DNA of 64,000 bases, from NCBI GenBank assembly GCA_051313645.2, contig JBNRSN020000026.1, forward strand, positions 78,306,001 to 78,370,000, read 5' to 3'. Below are positions 51,701-64,000 of this stretch, one piece after another. Source of the DNA: Centroscyllium fabricii (Eukaryota). A program made the translations under genes and the position numbers. The notes below the pieces were generated by a model. The model saw nothing but the letters and a program-made list of their open reading frames with translations, made no database searches and was not told where the DNA came from. Every line of letters starts with the position of its first letter. Position 1 is the first letter of the stretch.

Positions 51701-54700
51701 CATTTTACTCAGCTGTGAGTGAGCGTGTGTGTGTTGGACTCAGGAGCCCTGAGTCAGACCCCTCTTCATGCGTTGATAGCAATACTCTTTTCCGACCCCT
51801 TTTTATTCTTTGAAAGTCCTCACATTAATTTAGCAAAAGAAGATACAACGAATTTTAAACATAGCCGTTCATGACACCCAATAATTCATGAACATTTGTT
51901 TCCCAGACAAGGTAAATAATTTATGAGTTTGGCAGCGAAAAACTAGCCCTTTTTCTCCCACCGCTCGAATCCTGCCCACGAATAAATACCGCGAAAATCC
52001 ATTAAAGTTAACATATGTGTATAATTTAACGCATTTTAACGTTTTATATGAAAACACGAAAGGCTTTCGTTCATTATTTAGTAGCAGGTGAATCCCTGCA
52101 TTTTCCCGCATCCCCGTCTTTCTCCTTTGTTCTGTTACGGTGGTGGCGTTTAGTCACATATAAGTACTTAACCTTTATTATTAACATTAGTCGAACTATA
52201 TTACTTCTCCGTTTCTCCCAATCGCATTTAACCATTTATAAATATTTATATATGTAAGTAATTCGATAGTAAACGAAGCTACAGATTCAACACGCGTAAC
52301 TGTTGCCGCTTTTGGATGAAACAAATCATTTTTACACTGGGAGGTCACAAAGGCTGGTGTGCGTAATCTTTCCGAAATTGTTGCCTTTTGGGGGGAAATG
52401 TAACGAATGTTTTACTCCAGACCAATAACAGAAGCCATACACAAAATAATGTTTTCACTATTTTCACTATTAAAGATATCAGCGGCCCTGCTTTAGTTTT
52501 TTTATACAGGGGAGCTGGGATATAATGAAACAATTGATTTTATAATATGAATCCAATTTTCAAATCATTCAATGTCGTCATTCGAATTTTGTATTACCGC
52601 TCAAAATAAAATAACAAATAAAGACACATTGGAAATTTGAAACGCTTTAAAATGACGTATACCTTTAATATATGATGTTTGTTGCAGGCCCGGCATTTAA
52701 CCACAAGCCTATTTGATCCAGATATTAAATAAAACTGGCTAAATGTTGTGTGTTTTAACTAAAGATAGACTACCATTAGTTCGGAGACACTAAAACAAGG
52801 CAATTAAGTGCCCTCCGTGAAGTGTAGGGTGGTAAATATACAATTAATTTATCAACCACTTTGAGAAAGAAAACCACAAACATATATGAAATACAACTTT
52901 ATTTAATGATTAAGCACAAATACATGAGCAATTTCAAAAATATACACAGCATTTTACTTAAGTTAATAATGTCAAGATTCTGGTTGGGTGAGCAGACCAA
53001 CATATAAGTTAAAGGTATTTACACGTAATGTTTATATTTGAGCACATTACGGTGCCCATTTCTAATATATTATTAATAATGCATATTGTATTCCTAATTC
53101 CTGACGCTCCACTTTTTGTTGCTTCTTTCTGTCATTTGCTCTGTCGATTTCCTCAGAGGTCGTGTGCAACGAATTCGATTTTGTAACGATTTCCTTGATC
53201 GAAGGTTTGTCTTTTTTTTCCTTTTTGCAGTCTTCGCTTTTTATAAAGATCCCATCAGCAGCTACACCTTGGATCGGGAACTAGCAGCATTATTGCGGTA
53301 AGTCAAGCTATATTTATTTAACACCTGAACCATTTCCCACAGTTCAGTGTCCTGTTTATTAATAGATAGACAGAAAGATAAAGCTATCGTTAGATAAACA
53401 GACATAAATTATACAGAGTTGGATACTATGCACATTGTTCAAGCTACATAACTCCTTAATATCGCAGGCAAAGTTTTCAATTGCCAAAGTTTTTTTTGTT
53501 AAGGTCCAATTTAGATTAAAATCAGATATTTTGTTGGCAACGATCTGGAATCACTTGTTCCACAAGCACAATACAGACAAATGTTACAATTGTATTATCA
53601 TTTTCAACTATACTTGGTACTTTAAAAAAATCTTACCACCACATAAAAGATCAAATTAAAACCTCTATTTTCAAAATATGGTTTTCATCTAGAAGCAGAT
53701 GTAAAAAAAAAGTTCATTGTTGAGATCACCGAAGTGAAATTGAATCTTCCCCCAGTCGCGGAAGGAGTTTACAGGCAAAACAATAGGTGCAGGAAAAAGT
53801 GAGAAGTCGTCCAGTTATAGAAGTTGCAAAGTTATATATTCAGCCACCTCGCGATGGAAAAAAACAACAAACGATACTGTCTGACATTCCCTTTAGCCTG
53901 TTCTGCTTCTAAGCGGGAGGAACTTGTTTCTTAGACGGCCAGAATCCGAGTCTCACTCTGTGAAGTTATACCTTTGGCAGCTGAGCAGTGTGTTGCAGAA
54001 AAATCACTGCACGTTAAAAAAAAAATCAACCTTTCCTCTCACTTATTCGGAACAGAAGTGAAGCATTGTCGAGTGCCTGGGACTTCTGAATTGCTTCTTT
54101 AACAATCGCCCAAAAAAGACATAGTTTGCAAAAAATAAATAAAAGAATAGTATGAAGGCGTTAAAAAGTTGCGGAGTTGGAGATTCTTTCACCCGTCTTC
54201 CTCCTACGCCGTACAGGCTCTCCTTTCATGTACCTAACTAGTGCAACATCTATCCCTTTTACACTGTTTACAGCTATGGTGCCATGAAGTCATAAATCTT
54301 GCGCGGCCATAAACGACAGAAGCAGTGGCATGCATAAAAAAGGGCTTAAGTTCCAAATTCTTTTCCCATTGGCTTTCACTCATGTGACAATTCTCTCTCC
54401 ATTGTCGGGAGAGCATTTTTTTTTATTTTAATTTTTAAAAAATCACCATAAGTGTCCAAGCAAGTGCAACACACAACCCACATTAAAAGTTTAGAGAGAG
54501 GCTGTTGCATCGAGTGCGTTGCCCCTATGTTAAATACAACAGGATTATCCTCCTCCTCCCCCTTCCTCCCCTTCGCTGCGTCCATTTTCTTTTCTTTCTG
54601 CCGCACCCAGTCTGGCCCAAAAGTTTTTTTTTGGCGAGGGGGGGGGGGGGGGTCATGAATAAATTATTAATTAATGATTCGGACCACGAGTTAAGTAAAC

Positions 54701-55457
54701 AATGAGGATAGAGGGAAACCTATTTCTTCGCGGAGTTGTGTGACGTGAAGTTCACTTTTTTATGATTATTATTATAATATCTTGCTTTAATAATATTTTG
54801 GCTGGCGAAAGGTTTCACTTCGCCGGAAAAATATATTAGCATAAACTGACACATAATTGCCAAACACGCGAAGCAAATAGCGAGCTTGGCATCCCAGTCT
54901 AGGCCTAGTCCACCACGTCGCTAATTAGCATAATTTTTCACTTGTGACGCTGTGTTTCGAGGGGATTAACACTCGTTGCCTGCCCAGCATTCAAGAAAGA
55001 AATCGTATTTTTCCCCTTAAAACCGTGCTTTTAATATTTTGTGTATATATCTATATATAGATTCATAACAAACATACCGAATATATGGGTTTTCTATCTA
55101 GTTCACTCTGCCCTGTAGAGCTGAGAAACCATTGTTATCTGTGAGCAGGGCGTACCAGTCTAGGGCTCAATAATATCAGGGCTGTCCATTCAAGCCTTGA
55201 GCTTTCTACAGTTCTTTGAAGCTGTACCATCTCGCCTTTCTTTGCCGTTGCCTTCAACGAGTGAATTTCAGCGCCATAACCAGCTGTTTTATCTTTCCTT
55301 TTTTTATATATGTGTAAAAAAGAATTTGGCAACTCCTGCTTATCGATTGCGTGGTGAATCTGAAATATTATGTCTGGCTCTGCTTCTATCGTCAGTGGCT
55401 AAGGTAAGCTGGACTCAAATAGGCTATCACTCGTGAATGGCGGAGTATATGTCCCAG

Positions 55458-55502
55458 TGATTTATGACCATATGACTTCAATCTCGGTTCAAGAAGAGTT
55501 CA
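55458..55502 (+). promoter_or_regulatory. Hox3 upstream DR5 RARE with adjacent Pbx-Hox site
   Basis: GGTTCA agaag AGTTCA at 55486-55502; TGATTTAT at 55458-55465. Confidence 0.85.
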
Positions 55503-58500
55503 CAAGCTATAGCTTCCTTTCACGCAGCGACTGTTACACATTGCATCTGAATTCAACACGGAACCCGTTCCCTGTGCCTTTTTGGGGGGCTAATTTGGAG
55601 TATTTTTCAAAACCAAGCTCTCAGTTGTGATTTGAGACATATTTACGTGGGCGTCTTACGGTGCTCTATAATTTAAGGTGTATGACGACTTCCCCTATTG
55701 TTGTCCCATTAGCTAGGATGGTTCTTTTCTGTATATTTTACACATTTTGGGGCAATCAAATGGCCCCTTCGCTTATATAGCACTGCGAGGACTTGGGGGC
55801 TGCAGGTACCGTGTGTCCGGGTTATGGAGAGAGAAATCTTAGCACATTACTCCTCAAGCCCCTGTGTTTCTCCGAAACATGGTGGCAAACGGCGACTGGA
55901 GCGCGCCTGACTTTTCTGGCTTTGTTCAATGTTTCTCAAAGCACCACTTGAAATAGGAACGTCCATCTATTTTGCTGTAAAATTCTAGTTTTAGTGGCCC
56001 GCTTCAGCTCCGTTAGTGTCTTGAGCTTCCTGCAGTGCAGCCGTGGCACCCGGCTGAAGACGGGTCATTTTAATAGAATTTATCATTTTTGTGTGTGTGT
56101 GTGTTGAGAAATAAAACTTTGCAACGTTTTCTCTGTGGCAAAGGGAGAAAATAGCATTGCTCTGGCCCGGCCCCGAATGAAAAGCCTGAAATTTCAGTGT
56201 GTATTTTATCTTCTGATTGTAAATAATAAGGAACTCTGGCCCTGCCTTGCAGAACAAAGCTATTATCCGACTATCGCCTGTAACCCCGCGAAGTACACAT
56301 GTAGCTGTAGACTACAGAATTATAAAATTCGATGTTACCATTTTTAAAGTATGTATTTCGAAGCACGGAGTCCGTAAATGACGGCGTTATATATTTTTTT
56401 AGAAATCCATTCCCTTTTCCTTTCCCAGAAATGTGCATTGATTTGAATGAATGCTTTGTTTTCATATTTTAATACAATTTTCAATCTTTTACTTGGCAAG
56501 TTTACTCTGAATAAATTAAATATAATTTTAGCGCAAAATGTGAGAGCCTATACCATAATAAACATTCCACGAAGCAAAAATCGATTTTGTGAACACATTT
56601 TAATTCTCTCTTTCAGAAAGATAGATCTTTAATATATTTCCAACCCCGTATCGTCTGACAGTGAATCCTTCGCTGAATTAAACTATAAAAAAACAGAAGT
56701 CTCTTTATAAATATTAAATCCTATTTAACACGGGAGAGAAATATTGCATGCGACATAGACAGGCATTTGCATTGTGAGGTGTTTGCATTTAATCTAATAA
56801 TTTTGTTTTACAATATCATTAATCAGCACCAGACACTAAAATTAACATTTCGAAATGGCGAGTAACATATATATTATATAAAAATTGGAAATACGTGCAA
56901 GTTTTAGAAATAACTCGGCGGTTCTCGAACGTTTCTCGCCGAGTTTCTGCTGTGCGGTTTATAATTCTGGCAATTGCTTCGGATCGTGTTTTTTTTAAGG
57001 TGCATCAAACTGAAACTGTACTTAAAACAGAAATTTTAAAATGCGGAGCGAGTGTGGAGCAGAACTGAAAACCCTGCATATTTCAGGAGTGTCGGGATTG
57101 TGCCGGGGCCGCCTCGCCGTTCACTCTGAGCCGCTCCGGGAGTCCTTCGTCCGATTTTTTTTGAAACACAAAAAAAAAATCTTTATTGGTCGGCTGACCC
57201 CCCTCATACATCAAACTATAGAGCACCTTCCAAGACAGTACCTATTATCCGTTTTGTTTCTTGGTTAAGAGAAAGGTTCAAATGCTGGTCATGGAGAACA
57301 CAAACCCCTGTTTTTCTGGTTTGAAATACTTTGTCGATCCATCATGGATAGTTAAAGCTGTGCCGGGGAAGAGGAAAAGGGTCCAAAAATATCGCCGCAA
57401 GGCTAAGCATGAGCCGACCAAAAACAGTATCCAGTTTACACATGGGCAGAGAAAGGCAGAAACAAAAGCCCTTACTTCTTCACCTTCGCCTTGACAAAGT
57501 AATACATTCTAAAAGGCCACGTTAAATACATATGCATCTATATATTCAGAATGCCATGTAACCAAACTTAAATCAAATGGTTAAGAGAATCTGATTCCTG
57601 TGTATATATTGGTCGTTTTGATTGTTTCTTAGCCCGACATAATTTGTGTGATTTTTCTGCGATTTTTGCCGACATTATCAGGGCTGTCTTTTAGCAGTAA
57701 CGAGAGATGTGAATTTTAGATTGCCGCGTTAAGCAAGAAATTATGGTGCCTATAAAAGTGTGTTTCCGATTAGAGTTTCAATACATGGCTACTGAAACAC
57801 CCATAAGTTTCCTTCTATTTAAACCAGATGTTTTCAGGGTAAATCGCATCCCGCCATGTTCGCTGTACGTTTAAATGTTGAGACTTTGGCAGCTCCGTTT
57901 CATATCAATAAATGTAAACCTAATTTTAGGCGGTAGGTCAGATTTTTAATCTAGAATATTGACAGCATGGCACTTAATCAAGCAAGGGGCAATAAAATCA
58001 AATGGAGCGAAATTTTGGGGGTATATTTTAACTGGGCTGATTGTGAAAGTTTATGAAACTGCCTGTGAGATAGCAAACCCGAGTTAGTCTGAAGTTTTTT
58101 TCATAAATAATTATCATTTTTGGAACATTGCCTAAACCAAAAGAATTTAGCTGTGAGCTGATGCCGAATCTGATCTCTGTTAAAATAGTTCTGCAGAGGG
58201 CTATATAAATTTGTCGTTTTCGACCCGAGCTCAAAGCAAGAGTGGGCCTTGCCCCCCTTCTCGTCCTCTGCAGTCCCAAATAGCCAGGAATCGGGATCAG
58301 CCATGGCATCTGCGGTGCCTGTTTGGTGAAAGCTATTCATGTCATTTGCTTTTGAATGTGTAAGATGGATCCACACCCGTTCCACTATTATTCTGTGATT
58401 CTTCTAACCTTAGGTCAACTGCCAGGAGGTTATTGGAAGAAAACGTCACGTGAATCGGGGTGCCAATGTTATTCGATAAGGGTGTCAGGACCCTGACAGT

Positions 58501-58529
58501 TTGTGAAATAAATATTGGGAAACTCCGAG

Positions 58530-58944
58530 ATGCAAAAAACGACATACTACGACAACTGTACTCTATTCGGTGGATACACATACCAGGGAGCAAATGGTTT
58601 CAGCTATGAAGTGGCGCAGGAACCCTATCCACCATCTTCTCACGTTGAAAGTGATTACCAGAGGTCGGCCTGTTCCCTACAGCCAGCTGGTACCAGTGCT
58701 CCGCACCCCAAATCTAAAGACATCAATGGGAGCTGCATGCGTTCGACCCTCCCCGAGCACCGCCAACCTCCACCTGCCTCACCTCCCCAAAACCCCAGCA
58801 GCAACTCGACACAGCCAGGCACCAGCAAGACTCTGCCCAAGTCTTCCCACACCTCCACACCCAGCCTCACCAAGCAGATATTCCCATGGATGAAAGAGTC
58901 ACGGCAAAACTCCAAGCAAAAAAATAACAACTGTCCCAGCACAG
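58530..58944 (+). CDS. hoxb3: Homeobox protein Hox-B3, coding exon 1
   Basis: MQKTTYYDN start; [19 protein letters not shown]; donor CAG|GTAC at 58945; upstream acceptor TAG|58414. Confidence 0.95.
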
Positions 58945-59762
58945 GTACACCAGCTTTCTTTTTGCAGCTCCAGGTACCCACGCATCAAATGAAAAGGCGG
59001 CACGATTATTTAAATCAAAGCATTCAAAAAAAACACGATTTTCAAATATCTGCAGCACGTTAAAGCCTTTGTCGATAGATTGTTAACATTAAAGCATATT
59101 GGCCCGCCCCGCCCCCACCCCCACCCCCACTTTTTCCAATTTCTCAAATAGTTATTATTCTGCTTTGAAACTGAAACATGTTGTAGCATGTAATTGCAAT
59201 AAATATATACACCGTGTCACTGCTTCGAAACAGCTCAGAATGCACAAAGGTCACGTACTGGTGATCGTGAAACCAGAAAGTTGACATGACATCAAAAAAA
59301 GTGAAGTATTAAAAAGCAGATAATGCAAGAAATTGCTACAAACCTAGAACTACTGCGAATGCCGCTTCTGAATAGTAATATTAAACACATCGGATATAGC
59401 AGCTCTTGATTATAAGCATATTCTTGAATGGGCCATAATTATATAATGGTGTTGCGTCTGTTGCAAATCATCATTTGCCCTGTCCTCTATAAATGTATCA
59501 ATTCAACTGTAGAATATATTGTTCTGAACATTGTGTCAATATGATTATGATTCAATTTTCTGAGCTCTGGGGATACCACGTTATATTTCTGATGTTGGAG
59601 GGGGCTGGGTGGAACTTTTAATAACGATTGATGTGAAAATGATGGTCCTTGATGTGTTAAAGGTGTTTTTCTTTCAAGATTTATTACATTTATCTGGCGA
59701 GTTTTCTTGTTCAGATGCGTACACTTTTAAAGAGGTAATTATTTTTATTTTATTGCTCACAG

Positions 59763-60532
59763 CTGAAAATATCAGTGGGGACAAAAGCCCGCCGGGTTCC
59801 GCCTCAAAGCGAGCGCGCACTGCCTACACCAGCGCACAGCTGGTTGAACTGGAGAAAGAGTTCCATTTTAACCGTTACCTTTGCAGACCTCGCCGAGTGG
59901 AGATGGCGAACCTGCTCAACCTCAGTGAACGGCAGATCAAGATCTGGTTCCAGAACCGCCGGATGAAGTACAAGAAGGATCAAAAGACGAAAGGCATGGT
60001 GAGTTCTTCCGGAGGGCCGTCGCCCACGGGCAGCCCCCCGCTTTCCGTCCAGGGCCCCGCCGGCTTTGTCAACGCCATGCACCCGCTTGCTAACAACTCT
60101 GCCTATGACGCCCCTTCACCTCCGCCTTTCAATAAACCTCATCAGAACGCTTACGCCATGACCACGAGTTACCAAAACCCGATGAAAAGTTGCCCAACTC
60201 AGCAGCAGAAGAGATATCCTGGGACGGCTCCAGAATACGACCCCCATGCACTACAGGGCAATGGCAACTATGGGACATCAAACATGCAGGGCAGTCCTGT
60301 GTATGTTGGCGGGAACTATGTGGAATCTATGTCGGCTTCGGGGCCTTCTCTCTTCGGCCTCAATCACCTTCCTCACCCTGCATCCACAAACATGGACTAC
60401 AACGGTGCTGCTCAGATGGCTCCCAGTCAGCACCATGGACCTTGTGACCCACATCCAACCTACACAGACCTTTCATCGCATCATCCTTCTCAGGGAAGAA
60501 TTCAGGAAGCTCCCAAACTGACCCATCTGTAG
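59763..60532 (+). CDS. hoxb3: Homeobox protein Hox-B3, coding exon 2 (homeodomain and C-terminus)
   Basis: Acceptor CAG|59763; [28 protein letters not shown]...[23 protein letters not shown]...[13 protein letters not shown]; about 394 aa spliced. Confidence 0.96.
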
Positions 60533-60832
60533 CAGGCGTAAGCAGGGAGCTTCACTGAGGAAAAGTAAACAATGAGTTCTCCTTTCCTTTTCTCATGAAA
60601 TCTCTTTGACCCATTCCCTTAACAGTGTCTTCTTCTTCATGTATGCTGGCTTGTATTAATATATGTTGCTTACATTGTCCCCTCACCCAACCACCCCTCC
60701 TATATAGAGCATGCCTGCTCCACCCACCCCTCCCCCACCACCCACCCCATTGCAATCTTTAGGCTCCATCAGTACTTGGTCATGCAAAGTCCTAAAGGTT
60801 GTACATTTGTTTCTTCTTGGACTTAACGTGAA

Positions 60833-60840
60833 ACAGGGTA
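60833..60840 (+). promoter_or_regulatory. miR-10 8mer seed site in Hoxb3 3'UTR
   Basis: ACAGGGTA, upstream of AATAAA at 61431. Confidence 0.75.
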
Positions 60841-63800
60841 AATGAACAAATCTTCTGTCCTTTGAAAAAAGCAAAAGTGAAGACATTTTTGGTATTTGCT
60901 GATGCTTGGTTTCCTCTGGACACCTGTATTGCACTTATCGTTTACATTTCAATGGGTGAACCAACTCATATGAGGCAAGCAACTCTAACTCGGCCTTGAA
61001 GGAATCTTAAAACTGATTAGCTGGTGCGTCTTTCAATATGTGTGTATTCTGGTGAACATTCAGATATATTTATTGATTAATGCCAGGAAAATATTTCTTC
61101 TTTTTTGTATTATTTATCCCCAACAATACGTATTTATATAAAAAAAATAAAAAACTGTACTTTTTAGTATTTACCTGTCGAAGCGGTTGTATTCATGTCA
61201 CTGTAAGCAAGTTTATTTTAGTTAATGTAAACTAGAACAAAAATGTAGTTTTCTGTTGCCATTGTACCTACAAATAATGTAATTAGTTATATCGAAGGCA
61301 TGGGGACAGAATAGGACAGTAATTGTATAGTCTTGATTTAGAAACATATAGCAAATCCTCCCTTTCTGACACTCCTTGCCTTCTTCGTAGTTATTTTCCT
61401 TGCTAAGAGTTGTCTGTCAAACAATTCTGGAATAAATCTCATGTTAACAGATTTTGTTGTATGGATTATATATTAATGATCGTAACATGAAAATCTTTAT
61501 ATTTATATGTATATATTATATACAACCATCAGAACGTCATTAATAGGCTGTTTACATTAGCGTCTTAGACAACTGTGATGGCAAAACTATTCAAATCACA
61601 CATTTGAAGCTCTCTCTGTCTCTCTCTCTCCCACACACAGACAATCACACATACACACAGTGGCATGAATAGGAAGCTCTGCCTCGGTTATATTTTATTG
61701 CCTAATCATTCCTCTGCTGTTCTAAATCTCCTCTATTCTAATATCAGAAAGGGGGAGAGGGGATTTGTGTGAAGCGGGTAGTGCTCGGATTAATGCCACG
61801 TTCAAAAACTAAAGAATGAAGCACTTTTCCAGCTTGTAAATATCTTTATTACCAAACAAGGTCCAGAGACTTACACAAACATTCAGGAATTAAGGGGTAA
61901 AAAGTTTCCATCCGGTGTAAGGAGACACCACGTGCTGTCTGGGCCGAGTAGTTATTGGACCTGCAACAGAAACAAAGACCAACGCATGAGCAGCCTGCCA
62001 AAGTACACAGACCTCTCCAGTCCATTCCATTCAAAATGCACGATATTTTTTCTTGGTCTGGCAATCAACTCGTTTTAAAGTGATGTTATCATAGCAGGAT
62101 GTGCATGGCTGTGTGTGAGAATGGATTTTACACTCAAGATTTCTATAAACCCTAAAACATGGGAAATAATGGGGGGGGGGGGGGGCGGATAACAGTGTTA
62201 ATCGCCTTGACAAACTAATTTGATTCCCAAGTTATTCCGTTTCTGATAGGAAATTTCAGAATGTAGATATTTGAAAATATTTGACACGTTTACTATTCGA
62301 ACAGAACTTTTACTGTGCTTTTTAAATGAAGTTTATTGGATTTAGCGTGCCCTAAAACACCGTGAAGCACAACTTTTATAGTAACCACTGCAAGCATATA
62401 ATCACACTCACACATTGTAACAATAGGTTTTAACCTCTCAGAGACCCAGGGAAAGCAAAGCACATAGTGATTCTGATTACCTAATCATATAAAACACACA
62501 TTTATTTCTAACAACTGCTAAAAGTTAATTTTACCTCCCAGCGACGTTTTGCATTGATTCATTCTTTAAACTTTCTGTGCACTAATTATAGAATTGTTTA
62601 AGCAGTAAGAATGATCTTTCGCATCGTTCAGTCTTGGTTCAAGTAAAATTAATTGTGGAATATAACAACAAAAAATGTAACAGTTTTGTTTTAAGTATAC
62701 ATACTTCGCAAGGCAAGAGTTCACTGATATGTTGTGATTCCTGTAATACCAGTAACAAAAAATCGAATTTATCACGGGTTTAGATGTGAAGACATCGAGA
62801 GTTAAAGTGTACATCAGTTATAAGTTCAGAAATCCTATGTAGTAACATTGATAATCATATTTAGTATTTCTTTAACTAACGTTCTCCACCTTGAAACACA
62901 ATTCTGGTCATTTGACCATCACCTGTGATTTTTGTAAAACTTAGATTAGAATATTTTAATAAACTTTTTTTTGTGGATGTGTGATATCAAAATGAAAGAC
63001 AAAACTCCTTCAATCAGTTCCTAATCATATACACAATGATATGGATCAGTTAAAAGCCGCCGATCTGTGTGAAAGTTTTGCTGGGCTCGTATAACAATCC
63101 TCCAGGGTTTTCCAAATACAATTTTGCAGCTGATGTCAACCAGATCTAAAAAGATTCGGCGCCAAACTGTTCGATTTTCGACCTCTCGCCGCCCATGAAG
63201 AAAAAAAAAACAGCTTCCCAGCAAAATAAAATCTGTATAACATATTTTGTTCTTGATGGCGAGCTACAGAAATGCTTCAATCATTTGGCGTTCTTCAGAT
63301 CTCAAGTGAAAATTAACCTAGTATTTTAACATGCAGAAATCAATTTCATTTATTGAAGCTGTTTAATTCATTGCATTAATATGTGTATCGCTGTATTCTA
63401 CTCAATGCATTCTAGACTTGTCTTCAGCGTCAGGAGTCGTATTTCACTGTTTATATTCGATTCAATTAAATATGTGTATATACCAATGTATACTCTGTGC
63501 ACAAAAACAATATCAGAACCGACTAGAAAATATTTAACTTCATCACGTTTTTTAACTCGTAAATCATTTCGAGCAATTTACTGCTATTTAATAAGGACCA
63601 AACACTTTCAGGACGAGGGCTAGGCATCATCTTAAGCTCACTGTGAAAATAAATCTGTAGCTACCAATTCAAAACAAAACGGCACGCCATGTTACAGCCT
63701 ATCACGTCACATTTTAACCAATTATTCCTCAGCCAATGCTCCCGGTGCAACCCTCACACTAACGTTGCTGCTAATTTTAGTGGCCGTATCCCACATATTT

Positions 63801-64000
63801 ATAAATCTATCAAATATTCTGTTTTTTCAATTATTTTCTTACTGATTTAAGAATAGATTTCTTTCTTTCTGAAGAGTGACTCAGAGGCCTGTGAGGACCC
63901 GCGCTTAAATACTTGCACCCACACACGTTTTGACAAACAAAGGTTTCTAGGCCCCATTGCACGAATTCACTGCGCGTCCCACACAGTGTTTATAAACCAA

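Noticed and set aside
58971-58980. Second CAG|GTAC donor in Hoxb3
   Set aside because: Phase 0, so out of frame with the phase-1 acceptor
59609-59762. In-frame extension of Hoxb3 exon 2 into the intron, with ATGs
   Set aside because: AT-rich intronic sequence with a clear acceptor at 59762; no promoter evidence for a hexapeptide-less isoform

Overview
Eukaryotic (jawed vertebrate) genomic DNA covering the middle of a HoxB cluster. Six two-exon homeobox genes lie on the + strand in colinear order: Hoxb8, Hoxb7, Hoxb6, Hoxb5, Hoxb4 and Hoxb3. The mir-10a hairpin sits between b5 and b4. Exon boundaries were read from the sequence (all six introns are phase 1, GT-AG). The non-coding DNA carries recognisable Hox regulatory elements: three good DR5 RAREs, two identical same-orientation CTCF cores (8|9 and 5|6), a recurring CCAAT-N10/11-E-box module, miR-196 sites in the b8 and b7 3'UTRs, a miR-10 site in the b3 3'UTR, and candidate non-coding leader exons. 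There are also two short DeuSINE/L2-type tail insertions, a LINE 3' end between two assembly gaps, and simple repeats. The repeat type and the conservative proteins suggest a cartilaginous fish (inference only). I see no new protein-coding system. The most interesting signals are cis-regulatory and RNA-level: a candidate bidirectional promoter giving a miR-10-hosting Hoxb3 transcript, an all-wobble miR-196 site, a 4-bp-spaced element at the expected DE-RARE position, and loss of the first Hox4 ATG. Comparisons with other species are from memory and were not run as alignments.
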